From Octopus sinensis (lineage: Eukaryota), in NCBI RefSeq assembly GCF_006345805.1, contig NC_043020.1, positions 11,656,001 to 11,720,000 of the forward strand: a stretch of 64,000 nt of DNA, in the 5' to 3' direction. Below, piece by piece: positions 38,461 to 50,744 of the stretch. Positions within the stretch are counted from its first letter, which is position 1. Each line of letters opens with the position of its first letter. The position numbers and the translations under genes are program-made. The notes below the pieces were generated by a model. The model did no database searches and had not been told where the DNA came from. It saw only the letters and a program-made list of their open reading frames with translations.

Positions 38461-39340
38461 CATATTAGTTATCGATGTTTTCTTTCGGGTAGATATAACT
38501 GCTTTGCTGAAAATCGATGGGGAATGTATTGATGGACGCATGGATGTATAAAATACATTTCTTCTTTTATGTAGATGTAAAGGCGCAGCAACAGAAGTAG
38601 GCCCCGATCGATGTATGTTTTGGTTTTTCAACATACACTCATTAATCAGTGGAGGATGAAGCGGCTGAGGAAAAATTGCGTTTACAGGATAATATATTCA
38701 AAACAGCGTGAATATTTACCAAAATGAACGTAAGGAATTACTTTTGAACCAACAAGGGATCGTATATAAGGTCACTCGACCTCCTAGAATAACAGCCACA
38801 TTTCTCACAAATTATACCCTAGTCTTTAAAAGAAATTAATAGCATGTGTGTGTTTGTCCCCCTAGCATTGCTTGACAACCGATGCTGGTGTGTTTATGTC
38901 CCCGTTACTTAGCGGTTCGGCAAAAATGACCGATAGAATAAGTACTGGGCTTACAAAAGAATAAGTCCCGGGGTCGAGTTGCTCGATTAAAGGCGGTGCT
39001 CCAGCATGGCCGCAGTCAAATGACTGAAACAAGTAAAAGAGTAAGAGAGAGAGAGGAACGTATTTGACAACGTAATAAAGATGAGATGGCCACAACAGGA
39101 AAGCCTTTGGTACGCTTGCTCGTTCAGACCCTGCATGAGGACAAACAATAACTGTTTCGAATAAGTGGATTCGTTAGCTTTCCGAATCGTGGGCTTTGAA
39201 TCCCGCTGAAGTCCAACTTGACCTTGTATCTTTTCCGTGGGGGGAAGAATCGGTTTATATTCCTACAAAACATCCAAAAATGTGAATTACGGAATCATGA
39301 CTTCAAAACAGAAAATAAACGAGATAGGTTTTAACATTAC

Positions 39341-39507
39341 CCTTGAACTTTCTTGTCTTCAAATCCTGACACAAAATCAACTTCATCGTTAAAAGCATCT
39401 TTAATTTCAGCAATCGAAGATTTTTGTAGCTTCTTTGTGGAACTAAATTTCGAAAAAGTCAAAGTAATTCCTCCACTTTTCTTGTTTACGGCTTCAGAGG
39501 AAGACAT
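39341..39507 (-). CDS. GPKOW: GPKOW coding exon 1
   Basis: ATG at 39507: MSSSEAVNKKSGGITLTFSKFSSTKKLQKSSIAEIKDAFNDEVDFVSGFEDKKVQ |GTAATG; phase 0->2; all 11 exons sum to 1449 nt (482 aa + stop). Confidence 0.87.
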
Positions 39508-39519
39508 TTTGTGTTATTC

Positions 39520-39570
39520 CTCACTTCCGGTTTCTCTTTACTTCCGGTTCGTTTTATTTATTTCCGGTTC
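39520..39570 (-). promoter_or_regulatory. cluster of three ETS-type sites (CCGGAAGT x2, CCGGAAA) immediately upstream of the GPKOW ATG
   Basis: ACTTCCGG at 39523-39530 and 39540-39547, TTTCCGG at 39561-39567; clustered ETS sites are typical of TATA-less housekeeping promoters. Confidence 0.6.
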
Positions 39571-39680
39571 GTGTTATTTATTTATTTATTTATTTATCAA
39601 GGCATTAAATTGGTAGAGTCGTTAGCACGCTGGACAAGATGTTTAGCGGCATTCCTTCCGACTCGTTATATTCCGAGTTC

Positions 39681-40100
39681 GGCGATATTTCGTCTCTAGT
39701 AGACCTTTCCGTCGATTTCCGTAAAATTTTTTTTTTTTTTACTTTTGGGCTTGCGGGAACTTTTGAAGTAATATACATACATATACACATACACCGAGTA
39801 AAAAATTTCAGTTATCTCTTTCTTTCACACATTACTCTGTCTCTTCACACACACTAACAGAAGCACTTCACTTACACAACATACTGTCTGTCTCCCACAC
39901 CCCATCAAACACACACACACACACATGTACATCAATGCTTCCCATGCATGGTAACTTCAAAAGAACTTCCCTCGTCATACAATCGCTTTCTCTTAGTCTC
40001 TTTCGCTCTCATTACTTCAAAAGTTCCCGCAAGCCCATATGTAAAAAAAAATTTTTTTACGGAAATCGACGGAAAGGTCTACTAGAGACGAAAGATTGCC
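39681..40100. mobile_element. foldback/MITE E1 with ~90-bp TIRs and an 11-bp TSD (Mutator-like)
   Basis: Arms 39681-39772 and 40011-40100; ATTCCGAGTTC duplicated at 39670-39680 and 40101-40111; interrupts an old SINE. Confidence 0.8.
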
Positions 40101-40156
40101 ATTCCGAGTTCAAATCCCACCAAATCCACTTTGCTTCTTATCCCCTTTGGGATCCT

Positions 40157-40988
40157 GGCGATCTTTCGTTTTGACTCGAAATAATGTAAACACTGAATCG
40201 GTCGTTTCTGTGACCACACGTTGTCTTGTCATTTGAGAAGAGAACATTAATGGCTTGTGTTTGCGTGCTTATTCTTGTTTGTGCGTGTGTGTGTGTGTGT
40301 ACGTGTTTGTTCTTCTGTGTATGTGTGTAATTGTTCTGTTTTTTTCTTGTATTTATATGTTGAGGAATGTAGAAATGATGGGAGCACTCCGTCGGTTACG
40401 ACGACGAGGGTTCCGGTTGATCCGATCAACGGAACAGCCTGCTCGTGAAATTAACGTGTAAGTGGCTGAGCACTCCACAGACACGTGTACCCTTAACGTA
40501 GTTCTCGGGGATATTCAGCGTGACACAGAGAGTGACAAGGCCGGCCCTTTGAAATACAGGTACAACAGAAACAGGAAGAAAGAGTGAGAGAAAGTTGTGG
40601 TGAAAGAGTACAGCAGGGATCACCACCATCCCCTGCCGGTGCTCCTGGAGCTTTTAGGTGTTTTTGCTCAATAAACACTCACAACGCCCAATCTGGGAAT
40701 CGAAATCGCGATCCTACGACCGCGAGTCCGCTGCCCTAACCACTGGGCCATTGCGCCTCCACAATGTAGAAATAACACACAGAGGAACAAACATGCACAC
40801 ACACACACACAAAAACAAGAACAAGCACGCACACAAACAAGAATAAGCACACACACAGAGGAACAAGCACGCACGCACAACCCATTAACTTTCTTTTCTT
40901 CCCAACTGACAATTGACAAGACAACATGTGGTCACGGAAATCACCGATTCAATGTTCACATTATTTCGAGTCAAAACGAAAGATCGCC
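40157..40988. mobile_element. foldback element E2 (TIR GGCGATCTTTCGTTTTGACTCG...) containing a nested young tRNA-SINE at 40377-40762
   Basis: 40157-~40240 matches the reverse complement of ~40905-40988, continuing into GT/CA-rich arms; the SINE has TSD AATGTAGAAAT (40366-40376 / 40763-40773). Confidence 0.8.
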
Positions 40989-41717
40989 TAAATTCCAATT
41001 GAGAACTGGGGTCGATGTAATTGACTAGGCATTCTCCCACAAAATTTCAGACCTTGTGTGTATAGCAAAAAGACTTATTATTAAAATTATATTAAAAAGA
41101 CTTTTTTGCCTTCGAATCCTGCCATGGACAAAATTTGCCATTTTTTTTTTTTAGGTAACAAGCTAGCAGAATCGTTACCATGTTGTTCCAAATGCTTAGC
41201 AGTATTTCTTCAGACATTATAATCCGACTTCAAATCCTGCTTTGCCTTGGGATTGATAAAATAAAGTATCAGTCATGTACTGGATCAGGTGGGATTCTGG
41301 TTTAAGTACCCCCTTATAAACCCCTCATAACGTTTGTTTATTATTTGGAATTTTCAGAAAATTTTTGCGAATTTGGTGTTCTACACTCAGCAATTCATGC
41401 ACCTATGAAAAGAAAAATTGTGATTTAAGGGCGATTTAGCTGCTATTTTTAGCTCATTACAGGACCACCTAATACTTCCCTTGTTTCTTAGTCACTCTAA
41501 CAGGTATTGATATTTCTCAATACTCTTCTCTTCATAAATACATTTAATGGAATGATGGTGCTCCCAGAGGCGGTACATTGTTGGTATTTAAGCAAAAAAT
41601 TGGGAATGTCTATTTTAAACTGATTTTTTTTTTTAAATCGAAAAGTGGAAATTTTAGATATATAGGGAGGGAGGTTTAAAAAATTAAAAGAATTTTTTTT
41701 TCATAGTGTATTATATA

Positions 41718-42101
41718 TCTTTATATATAAAAGTGAAGTTGTGTGTCTGTCTCCTACGATTTAGATTCCTAACTACTCCCACATTTTGCGGTGCAGTTTA
41801 ACTTATAGTCGTGATTCATATCGAGCCCTTCTGGGTATTAGCGCACGTATACGATGAGTCTACGATTTTAAAAATAATTTACCATCATTTTTTTCCATTT
41901 TAATGCATTTTTTCGCTATTAAAAAAAAGGAAGTAACTCTCTAAAAATGTCTACGATGAGTCAACGATTTAAAACAAAATTTACCATCATTTTTTTTCCA
42001 TTTTTAATGCATTTTTTTGCTATTTTTTGGCTATAACTCTCTTAAAATGCTTATATAGTTATTTCCCTTACAAACCCGAGCAACGCCGGCGATACTGCTA
42101 G
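41718..42101 (+). mobile_element. non-autonomous Helitron, full length
   Basis: A|TC 5' end, subterminal GC hairpin CCCGAGCAACGCCGG, CTAG|T 3' end, no TSD. Confidence 0.85.
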
Positions 42102-42689
42102 TATTAATATATTTGTTTAATTTTTTTATTCATTCAGGAGTGGCTGTGTGGTAAATAGCTTGCTAATCAACCACATGGTTCCAGGTTCAGTCCCACTGCA
42201 TGGTACCTTGGGCAAGTGTCTTCTACTATAGCCTTGAGCCAACCAAAGCCTTGTGAGTGGATTTGGTAGACGGAAACTGAAAGAAGCCCGTCATGTATAT
42301 ATATATACATACATGTATGTGTGTGTATATGTTTGTGTGTGTGTCCCCCAACATCGCTTGACATCAATACTGGTGTGTTTACGCCCCTCTAACTTAGCGG
42401 TTCAGCATAAGAGACCAATAGAATAAGTACTAGACTTACAAAGAATAAATCCTGGGGTTGATTTGCTCAACTAAAGGCGGTGCTCCAGCATAGCCACAGT
42501 CAAAATGACTGAAACAAATAAAAGAATAAAAGAATTCAAATATAATATATTTAGGAATGTATTATACAATGTATATGGTGTGCTTCCAGGGAAATTTGGC
42601 TGCTATTTCTAGGAAATCAAGAAACTGTGTAGAGGCTCCCTTGCTTAGCAACCTGTTACTGAACTGAAGGAAGATAATTCTAAGCCTAT

Positions 42690-43010
42690 AGCTATGGTAA
42701 GACCTCACCTGGAATTTGCATCACTGGTCTGGAACCCATATCTTGCCCAGGATATCAATCGTCTGGAAGCCGTTCAGCAATGTGCAACCAAAAGAATACC
42801 CTCCATCAGGCATTTGCCATATTCTGAACCATTATCAACCATCTTACAAACAATAACTCTGAGCACCTTTTCAAACTCCACCCGTCTAACACCTGTGGAC
42901 ATATTTACAAAGTCAGAAAACAGCACAGCTCCCATGACTTTAGGAAACATTTTTTAATGCTAAGAGTTGCTGAAGCATGGAACAAACTGCCGGCATCAGT
43001 TGTTAGTTGT
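42690..43010 (+). mobile_element. CR1-type LINE ORF2 3' fragment
   Basis: MVRPHLEFASLVWNPYLAQDINRLEAVQQCATKRIPSIRHLPYSE, the characteristic CR1/L2 RT thumb motif. Confidence 0.8.
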
Positions 43011-44152
43011 CGGAGCACTGCATCCTTCAAAACTTCCATGCTTTCTGAGATTCGCCAACACTACACCTGATTTTCTCCCCTCCATACACACACAAGCATG
43101 TATCTGACTCATACATTGTTCGCTTTCCAGACATTTGTACATTACTGCATGTACTTTATACGCACCTTCTGACAGGTTGTGGTGCACCTGAGCCCTGTAT
43201 ACAATAATTTCATTATTATTATTATTTAAAGCCCAATGTAGAATCATCACTCCAGTTTCCTCAAAACAGGTTCCCCGAAGGAGTTCCTGGATTCCAAAAC
43301 ATGAAGGATCTCTTAATAAAGTCGAATAAACATTTTTCTTCTTCAGCAAAATTATATTCAACAATTCAAAAATAATATCATTATGTTAAGTTTATGTATT
43401 TGTTTTACAAGATTCTTGATGTGAAATCATGTGTTGAAACAAATATTGTTATATTTTGGGACTCTCTTTACTCTTTTACTTGTTTCAGTCATTTAACTGT
43501 GGCCATGCTGGGGCACCACCTTTAGTCAAGCAAAGTGACCCCAGGACTTATTCTTTGTAAGCCTAGTACTGATTCTGTCGGTCTCTTGCCGAACCGCTAA
43601 GTTACAGGGACGTAAACACACCAGCATTGGTTGTCAAGTGATGTTGGGAGGGGATAAAAACATATATATATACATATATACGACGGGCTTCTTCCAGTTT
43701 CTGTCTACCGAATCCACTCACAAGGCTTTGGTCGGCCCGAGGCTATAGTAGAAGACACTTGCCCAAGGTGCCACGCAGTGGGACTGAACCCGGAACCATG
43801 TGGTTGGGAAGCAAGCTACTTACCACACAGCCACTCTTCACCTATATATATATATATATACGACAGGCTTCTTTCAGTTTCCGTCTACCAAATCCACTCA
43901 CAAGGCTTTGGTCGGCCCGAGGCTATACTAGAAGACACTTGCCCAAGGTGCCACGCAGTGGGACTGAACCCGGAACCATGTAGTTGGTAAGCAAGCTACT
44001 TACCACACAGCCACTCCCACTCTGTTTTTTTTTGGTGGGGGGTTGCAACCTCAGGGGTGGATGGAAAATCTCTTACTGTTAGAGAAATACCCACACACAC
44101 ATACACATGCAAATGCTTGCTTCATTTATCTAACACAGCATATCCACTCATG

Positions 44153-44189
<37 letters not shown>

Positions 44190-44340
44190 ATACATATATG
44201 TGTGTGTGGGGGGTATGTAACACAACACACCACCCGGTCTAGGAAATGAACTCATGATCTAGCAATTGCAAGTGCAACACCCTAACTACTAGGCCATGCT
44301 TCCTCACACACGTATGTATGTATATATGAGTGTGTGTTAA

Positions 44341-44672
44341 GGCGCATGGCTCAGTGGATAGAGCGTCGAGCTTACGATCATGAGGTTGTGAGTTCGATTC
44401 CTGGACCGGGCTGCGTGTTGTGTTCTTGAGCAAGACACGTTATTTCACGTTGCTCCAGTTCACTCAGCTGTAGAAATGAGTTGCGACGTCACAGGTGCCA
44501 AGCTGTATCGGCCCCTTTGCCTTTCCCTTAGATAACACTGGTGGCATGGAGAGGGGAGGCCGGTATGCATGGGCGACTGCTGGCCTTCCATAAACAACAT
44601 TGCCTGGGCTTGTGCCTTTGAGGGTTACTTTCTAGGAGCAATCCCATGGTCATTCATGACCGAAGGGGATCT
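44341..44672 (+). mobile_element. tRNA-derived CORE-like SINE, second family
   Basis: GGCGCATGGCTCAGTGG...GAGTTCGATTCC head, TTCTTGAGCAAGACAC core; reverse copy at ~56000-56315. Confidence 0.8.
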
Positions 44673-44737
44673 CCCATATATATATATATATATATATACA
44701 TATACACACACACACACATGTATGTATATATATATAT

Positions 44738-44792
<55 letters not shown>

Positions 44793-45654
44793 CATACATA
44801 CACATACATAAATGCATACACACACACATATAAAACAATCCCTTCAAAAAAACAAGGGTTAAGTTTGGTGACAGCAAGGGCATCCAACCATAAAACCCTA
44901 CTACAACTAAGTCCCTCAACCATACCGTGTTCATGTGGAAGAATACATCTTTTTTTATGTTTCTATTGTTTCATAGAGCAGTTTGGTGTTTTGTCAAATT
45001 TAATCATGTTTCCCATCAAAACAACTTGTGATCTTAGGCGAGGACCATTTTATATTTTCCATAGAAAGTCCTCCGCTATGGACTTTCCAGATAATTCTTG
45101 CTGAACCTTGTAGATATGTTTCCTGAACCTTATTGATATGTTTTCCAAGTAAGATAATGTTATTTTTTGTAAGCCTAGTACTTATTCTATCGGTCTCTTT
45201 TGCTGAACCGCTAAGTGATGGGGACATAAACACACCAGCATCGGTTGTCAAGTGATGTTGTTGGGGACAAACAGACACACAAATATATACACACAGATAC
45301 ATATACATAGATATATACATATATCATGGGCTTCTTTCAGTTTCTGTCTACTAAATTCACTCACAAGGTTTTGGTCGGCCTGAGGCTATAGTAGAAGACA
45401 CTTGCCCAAGGTGCTACGCAGTGGGACTGAACCTGGAATCATGTGGTTGGTAAGCAAGCTACTTACCACACACCCACTCCTACACCTATTTCATCATTTG
45501 CTTTTTAATACAGTAGGTTTTCTGGCAGGTAAATGAGTTCAGGGTGAAGAGTATTTTTAAAATGTGTGAAACACGGTCAGTAGATTTAGCACGTTCTCTC
45601 TGTGCTACATCATTAATGTGATTAATTAATTAATTAGACACACACTATATATAT

Positions 45655-45698
<44 letters not shown>

Positions 45699-46788
45699 TT
45701 AATTTATTTTTCTCAACCTTGAGCACCTTAAATGACTGATATACAATCTCGAAGCCCTAATTTCTTTATCTTCCCTATTTTTAGTTCACTGAGGTGGTAG
45801 TAGAGATGCAGTTTAATCCTGATTTTCGTCGTCGTTGTCGTCGTCAACACCATCATCATCATCTTCATCACCACTGGTAAATGAGTAATGTAAGAGGTCG
45901 ATTTCTAACAAGCCAAAACCTTAAATGCAGTTTCGGTCCTTGGTTGAAGCCATTTCATCTTTGAACACCAATGGCCCTTGAAAAATGCATGAACATCACA
46001 ACATTATCTTTCCCTTCACCCAACCATATCAAACCTTGTGCCTAGTCAACATAAATTTTTATCTGTCTCATACATTCCGGTTTATATTCTGATGCCAGCG
46101 CCGCCTTGGCTGGCTTCCGTGCCAGTGGCACGTTAAAAGCACCAACCAATCATGGCCGATGCCGGACTCCCCTGGCACCTGTGCAGGTGGCACGTAAAAA
46201 GCACCCACTACACTCGCGGAGTGGTTGGCATTAGGAAGGGCATCCAGCTGTAGAAACTCTGCCTCATCAGACTGGAGCCTGGTGCAGCCCCTGGCTTCCC
46301 AGACCCCGGTCGAACCATCCAACCCATGCTAGTGAGGAAAATGGACATTAAACGACGATGATGATGATGATGATGATTGCACTCATGACTGCTAGATTGT
46401 GGTTTCAATTCTTAAACTGGACAGTGCATTGCGTTCCTGAGCAAAAGACTTCACATCACATTGTTCTGCAGTCACTTCAACATCTGATGCATAGTACACC
46501 ATGCACCTGTACAGGTAATATCAATTTGATGGAGAAAGTGGTGGTGATGATGAACACAACCCATGACAAACCATCACTAATATAGCTCCTTCTCAAAGGT
46601 GGCGAGCTGGCAGAAACGTTAGCATGCTGGGTGAAATGCTTAGTGGTATTTCGTCTGTCTTTACGTTCTGAGTTCAAATTCCACTGAGGTCAACTTTGCC
46701 TTTCATCCTTTTGGGGGTCAATAAATTAAGTACTGGAGTCGATCCCAAAAAATTTAGGGCCTTGTCCCTAGAGTAGAAAAGAATATAA

Positions 46789-47089
46789 TCTTCTTTATAT
46801 ATAAAAGTGAAGTTGTGTGTCTGTCTCTTATGATTTAGATTCCTAACTACTCCCACATTTTGCGGTGCAGTTTAACCAAAAGCGGGTATCTTATAGTCAT
46901 GATTCCTATCGAGCCCTTCTGGGTATTAGCGCGCGTCTACGATGAGTCTACGATTTTAAAAAAGATTTACCATCATTTCTTCCCATTTTTATTGCATTTT
47001 TTGCTATTATATAAGGGAAGTAACGCTCTAAAAATGCTTATATAGTTATTTCCCTTACAAACCCGAGCAACGCCGGGCGATACTGCTAG
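46789..47089 (+). mobile_element. non-autonomous Helitron (internally deleted copy)
   Basis: Same termini as 41718-42101; lacks one internal repeat block. Confidence 0.85.
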
Positions 47090-48369
47090 TTTCTTCTAAA
47101 ACCTACAATAAAACCTCTAATTATTCCTGCCAATATAACTCTTATATACCCAATTGAAGAATAAGCAAGCTATCTTTTTATATCACTTTGTCCTTCACAG
47201 AAATAGAAGTTATGATGGTAGCTGAGAGCAGGACACTTCACCTTTCCTGTAAATAAACCAGTTGTAAATAGCATTTATGCTTGAAGTTTTTTCTCTTCGC
47301 CTGCCAAAAGCCTGAACTACATAAAGGGCCTCCGTGCTGGTGGCACTTAAAAAACACCATCCGAGCGTGGCCGTTCGCCAGCCTCGTCTGGCACCTGTGT
47401 TGGTGGCACATAAAAAGCATTCACTACACTCACGGAGTGGTTGGGTGAAGGGAAAGATAATGTTGTGATGTTCATGCATTTTTCAAGGGCCATTGGGGTT
47501 CAAAGATGAAATGGCTTCAACCAAGGACCGAAACTGCATTTAAGGTTTTGGCTTGTCAGAAGTTGACCTCTTACATTACTCATTTACTAGTGGTGATGAA
47601 GATGATGATGATGGTGTTGATGACGACAACGACGACGACGATGATGATAATGACGACGACGAAAATCTACTCCCTATAAACAAACAACGGTCTATATAAT
47701 TATATAACTCATCATCATCATCGTTTAACGTCCGTTTTCCGCGCTAGCACGGGTTGGACGGTTCGACCGTGGTCTGGGAAGCCAGGGGCTGCACCAGGCT
47801 CCAGTCTGATCTGGCAGTGTTTCTACAGCTGGATGCCCTTCCTAACGCCAACCACTCCGCGAGTGTAGTGGGTGCTTTTTACGTGCCACCTGCACAGGTG
47901 CCAGAGGGGTCTGGCATCGGCCACGATTGGTTGGTGCTTTTTATGTGCCACCGGCACAGAAGCCAGTCGAGGCGGCGCTGGCATCGGCCACGTTCGGATG
48001 GTGCATTTTATGTGCCACCGGCACAGAAGCCAGTCGAGGCGGTGCTGGCATCGGCCACGTTCGGATGGTGCTTTTTATGTGCCACCGGCACAGAAGCCAG
48101 TCGGGGCGGTGCTGGCATCATTACCAAAAAATTTAAATGACCCCCCATAACCCCTAATTTTAATAATTCGTTAGCCAAAATCATTGACCCTGTATCATTG
48201 ATCATTGTATTAATGAATAATCTACAGCACAAACATTTGAACTCTATAAACAAATCATCTGTGCAGGTCATCAAGCAAGAAATTGTAGAACCCTCATTTG
48301 TCATTTACATCAAAAAAGTCTGTGTTACTGAGACAGAAAACATGATATATGGACGCGTAAGAATTAGCA

Positions 48370-48784
48370 TGTAACAGGATCTGTTATCGATTCCCTGAAA
48401 GGGTGTCGATCCGATCCAGTCACATACAATTTTAGTAAGACAATACAGACGAAGTCAGGTTGTAGGTAAAAGACAGCAGTTCATTTATTTGTTGCGATGG
48501 AGTACGTGTGTCTGATGGGAGAAGGACAGCCTCTGATGTACAGCTTCTTGTTCGTTTTGTTGAAGAGGTTCGATGGTCGTTGGCGGCTAAGTCGGTGAGT
48601 TTATCAGAGCCTGCGAAATGTACGTCCGATCGCGTTCGCTGACTTGCCAGAGAGAAGGATTTGAGTTTGGCGGGCCTAAGGGAACGTTTCCCGCACATGC
48701 GCATGGGGAAGACTTCCGGTGGCCACCCGGAAGTAGTCCCATTCTGCGCATGCGCGCTGAACCCTACACAGTAGCATCACTACA
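48370..48784 (-). mobile_element. solo LTR (Gypsy-like), 415 bp
   Basis: TGTAAC...CTACA termini, perfect 4-bp TSD AGCA (48366-48369 / 48785-48788), minus-strand AATAAA at ~48487. Confidence 0.8.
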
Positions 48785-48934
48785 AGCACTTCCTTCTCTA
48801 AGCCTAGATTCGAAACCGAATCCAAGAATTCTTGGTCGTCCAAACCACAGCGATCAACAGGAGCGAAAAAAAGGTTTCCCTTGTTCTGTCAAAAATTGAT
48901 TGATCATCTCCCTTTGATCTGCGACCTCAGCCAT

Positions 48935-49330
48935 GTCAGTTCAACTGGACAAGCGCTGACCTACTTGAGAGGCAGTTGGATGGAACCTAAACTCGCCTCC
49001 TTATGAGAGCTCAAAATCTCTCGTGGAAGCGCCATCCAACCAAAATGCAAATATATGGGAAACTACCACCTGTGTCATCTCTTGTGAAAGGTAGGAGAGT
49101 CCAGTTTGCTGGACATTGTTGTAGAGCTGAAAAAGAAGTAATTTCTACTCTTCTCCTCTGGAAGCCATCTACTCGCAATACCAGAGGGCGCACACTCTCC
49201 TACCCTGATGTAATCTCCAGGGATACAGGCATCCAGCAACAGGACCTCCGTAATGCCATGATGGACCGTGAAGTCTGGCGTAGCATGGTAAATTCCATTG
49301 TCTCGACCACGGTCGAACAATGATGATGAC
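48935..49330 (+). mobile_element. RTE-type LINE ORF2 3' fragment ending directly in (TGA)n
   Basis: RAQNLSWKRHPTKMQIYGKLPPVSSLVKGRRVQFAGHCCR...DREVWRSMVNSIVSTTVEQ*; the stop codon is the first TGA of the tail; shorter copies at 11452-11675 and ~30110-30275. Confidence 0.85.
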
Positions 49331-49613
49331 AGGTAGTAACTCTGTTGCAGTATGTCTATCTTTCTAGCTGTCTCAAATATTATAAATACAAGGGAAAAAC
49401 AGAGAACACAATCACAGCGGAGACGGCAGCACACAGATCTATCTCGCCCTGCATTTTGGCAGACAGAGAGAAATGCCCACAGTATCTATCGACTACTGTT
49501 TCGAATGATTCACGCACACACTCACACACAAACATGTTCATTTTTAATATGTGTTCTATACAAGCAATTCGTAGCATTTGCTTACATTTGTATGTAGTGT
49601 ACTTATAACCCTG

Positions 49614-49995
49614 GAGGCGCAATGGCCCAGTGGTTAGGCCAGCGGACTCGCGGTCATAGGATCGCGGTTTCGATTCCCAGACCGGGCTTTGTGAGTGTTT
49701 ATTGAGCGAAAACACCTAAAAGCTCCACGAGGCTCCGGCAGGGGATGGTGGTGATCCCTGCTGTACTCTTTCACCACAACTTTCTCTCACTCTTACTTCC
49801 TGTTTCTGTTGTACCTGTATTTCAAAGGGCCGGCCTTGTCACTCTCTGTGTCACGCTGAATATCCCCGAGAACTACGTCAAGGGTACACATGTCTGTGGA
49901 GTGCTCAGCCACTTACACGTTAATTTCACGAGCAGGCTGTTCTGTTGATTCGGATCAACCGGAACCCTCGTCGTCGTAACCGACGGAGTGCTTCC
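49614..49995 (+). mobile_element. young full-length tRNA-derived SINE, third family
   Basis: 13-bp TSD ACTTATAACCCTG (49601-49613 / 49996-50008); head GAGGCGCAATGGCCCAGTGG...GGTTTCGATTCCC; sister copies at 40377-40762 and 62428-62817 (TSD CACAACAATA). Confidence 0.92.
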
Positions 49996-50104
49996 ACTTA
50001 TAACCCTGTAAATAAATCCCTTTTTAATCATGAAACAATTTATGTATTTATTTACATACACACACATCCACTACAGACACAATAGTTCCTTCCTTTGTGC
50101 CAAT

Positions 50105-50532
50105 CTCTAATTGTTAAGGGAACATGTGGAAGGGGCAGACCTAGGAAGATGTGGGACAAAGTGGTGAGAAAGGATCTGCAGATGTTGGGACTCACAGAGA
50201 AGACAGAGGACTGAGACCCCTGGCAGTTTGCTGTGCTTGGAAAAACACATCAAGCTAAGTAAAAGCATGGTTACCCTTGCAACCCTCTCCAGCAGAGCAT
50301 CCCTAATCTCATGGGCGTGTAGGTGCTGGTGTCATGTAAAAAGCATCCGTGCCAGTCCTGCATAAAAGTACTCAGTACACTCTGTAAAGTAGTTGGTGTT
50401 AGGAAGGGCGTCCAACCATAGAAACCATGCTAAAACAGACAGGGATCCTGAACAGCCCTTCAGCTCCTGTCAAACTGTCCAACCCATGACAGTTTGGAAA
50501 ACGGACATTAAATGATGATGATGATGATGATG
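50105..50532 (+). mobile_element. RTE LINE 3' end (ORF2 C-terminus + UTR + (ATG)n)
   Basis: GRGRPRKMWDKVVRKDLQMLGL..., followed by the AGGAAGGGC UTR motif and an ATG-repeat tail. Confidence 0.75.
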
Positions 50533-50630
50533 TTCCAATATGAAACCTCGTCACTTCTTATTGTAACAATGAAAAAACATCTTAACTGAGACAGTTCTAT
50601 ATTTAAGAGATGAGGAATTTATGTACATTA

Positions 50631-50712
50631 TGCCCACGGGCATATGGTGTAGTGGTTAAGAGCACGGGGTACTAACCCCAAGATTCCAAGTTCGATTCCA
50701 GGCAGTAAACTG

Positions 50713-50744
<32 letters not shown>

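Noticed and set aside
49614-49690. tRNA genes
   Set aside because: All tRNA-like stretches are SINE heads continuing into multi-copy bodies with TSDs; acceptor stems are incomplete.
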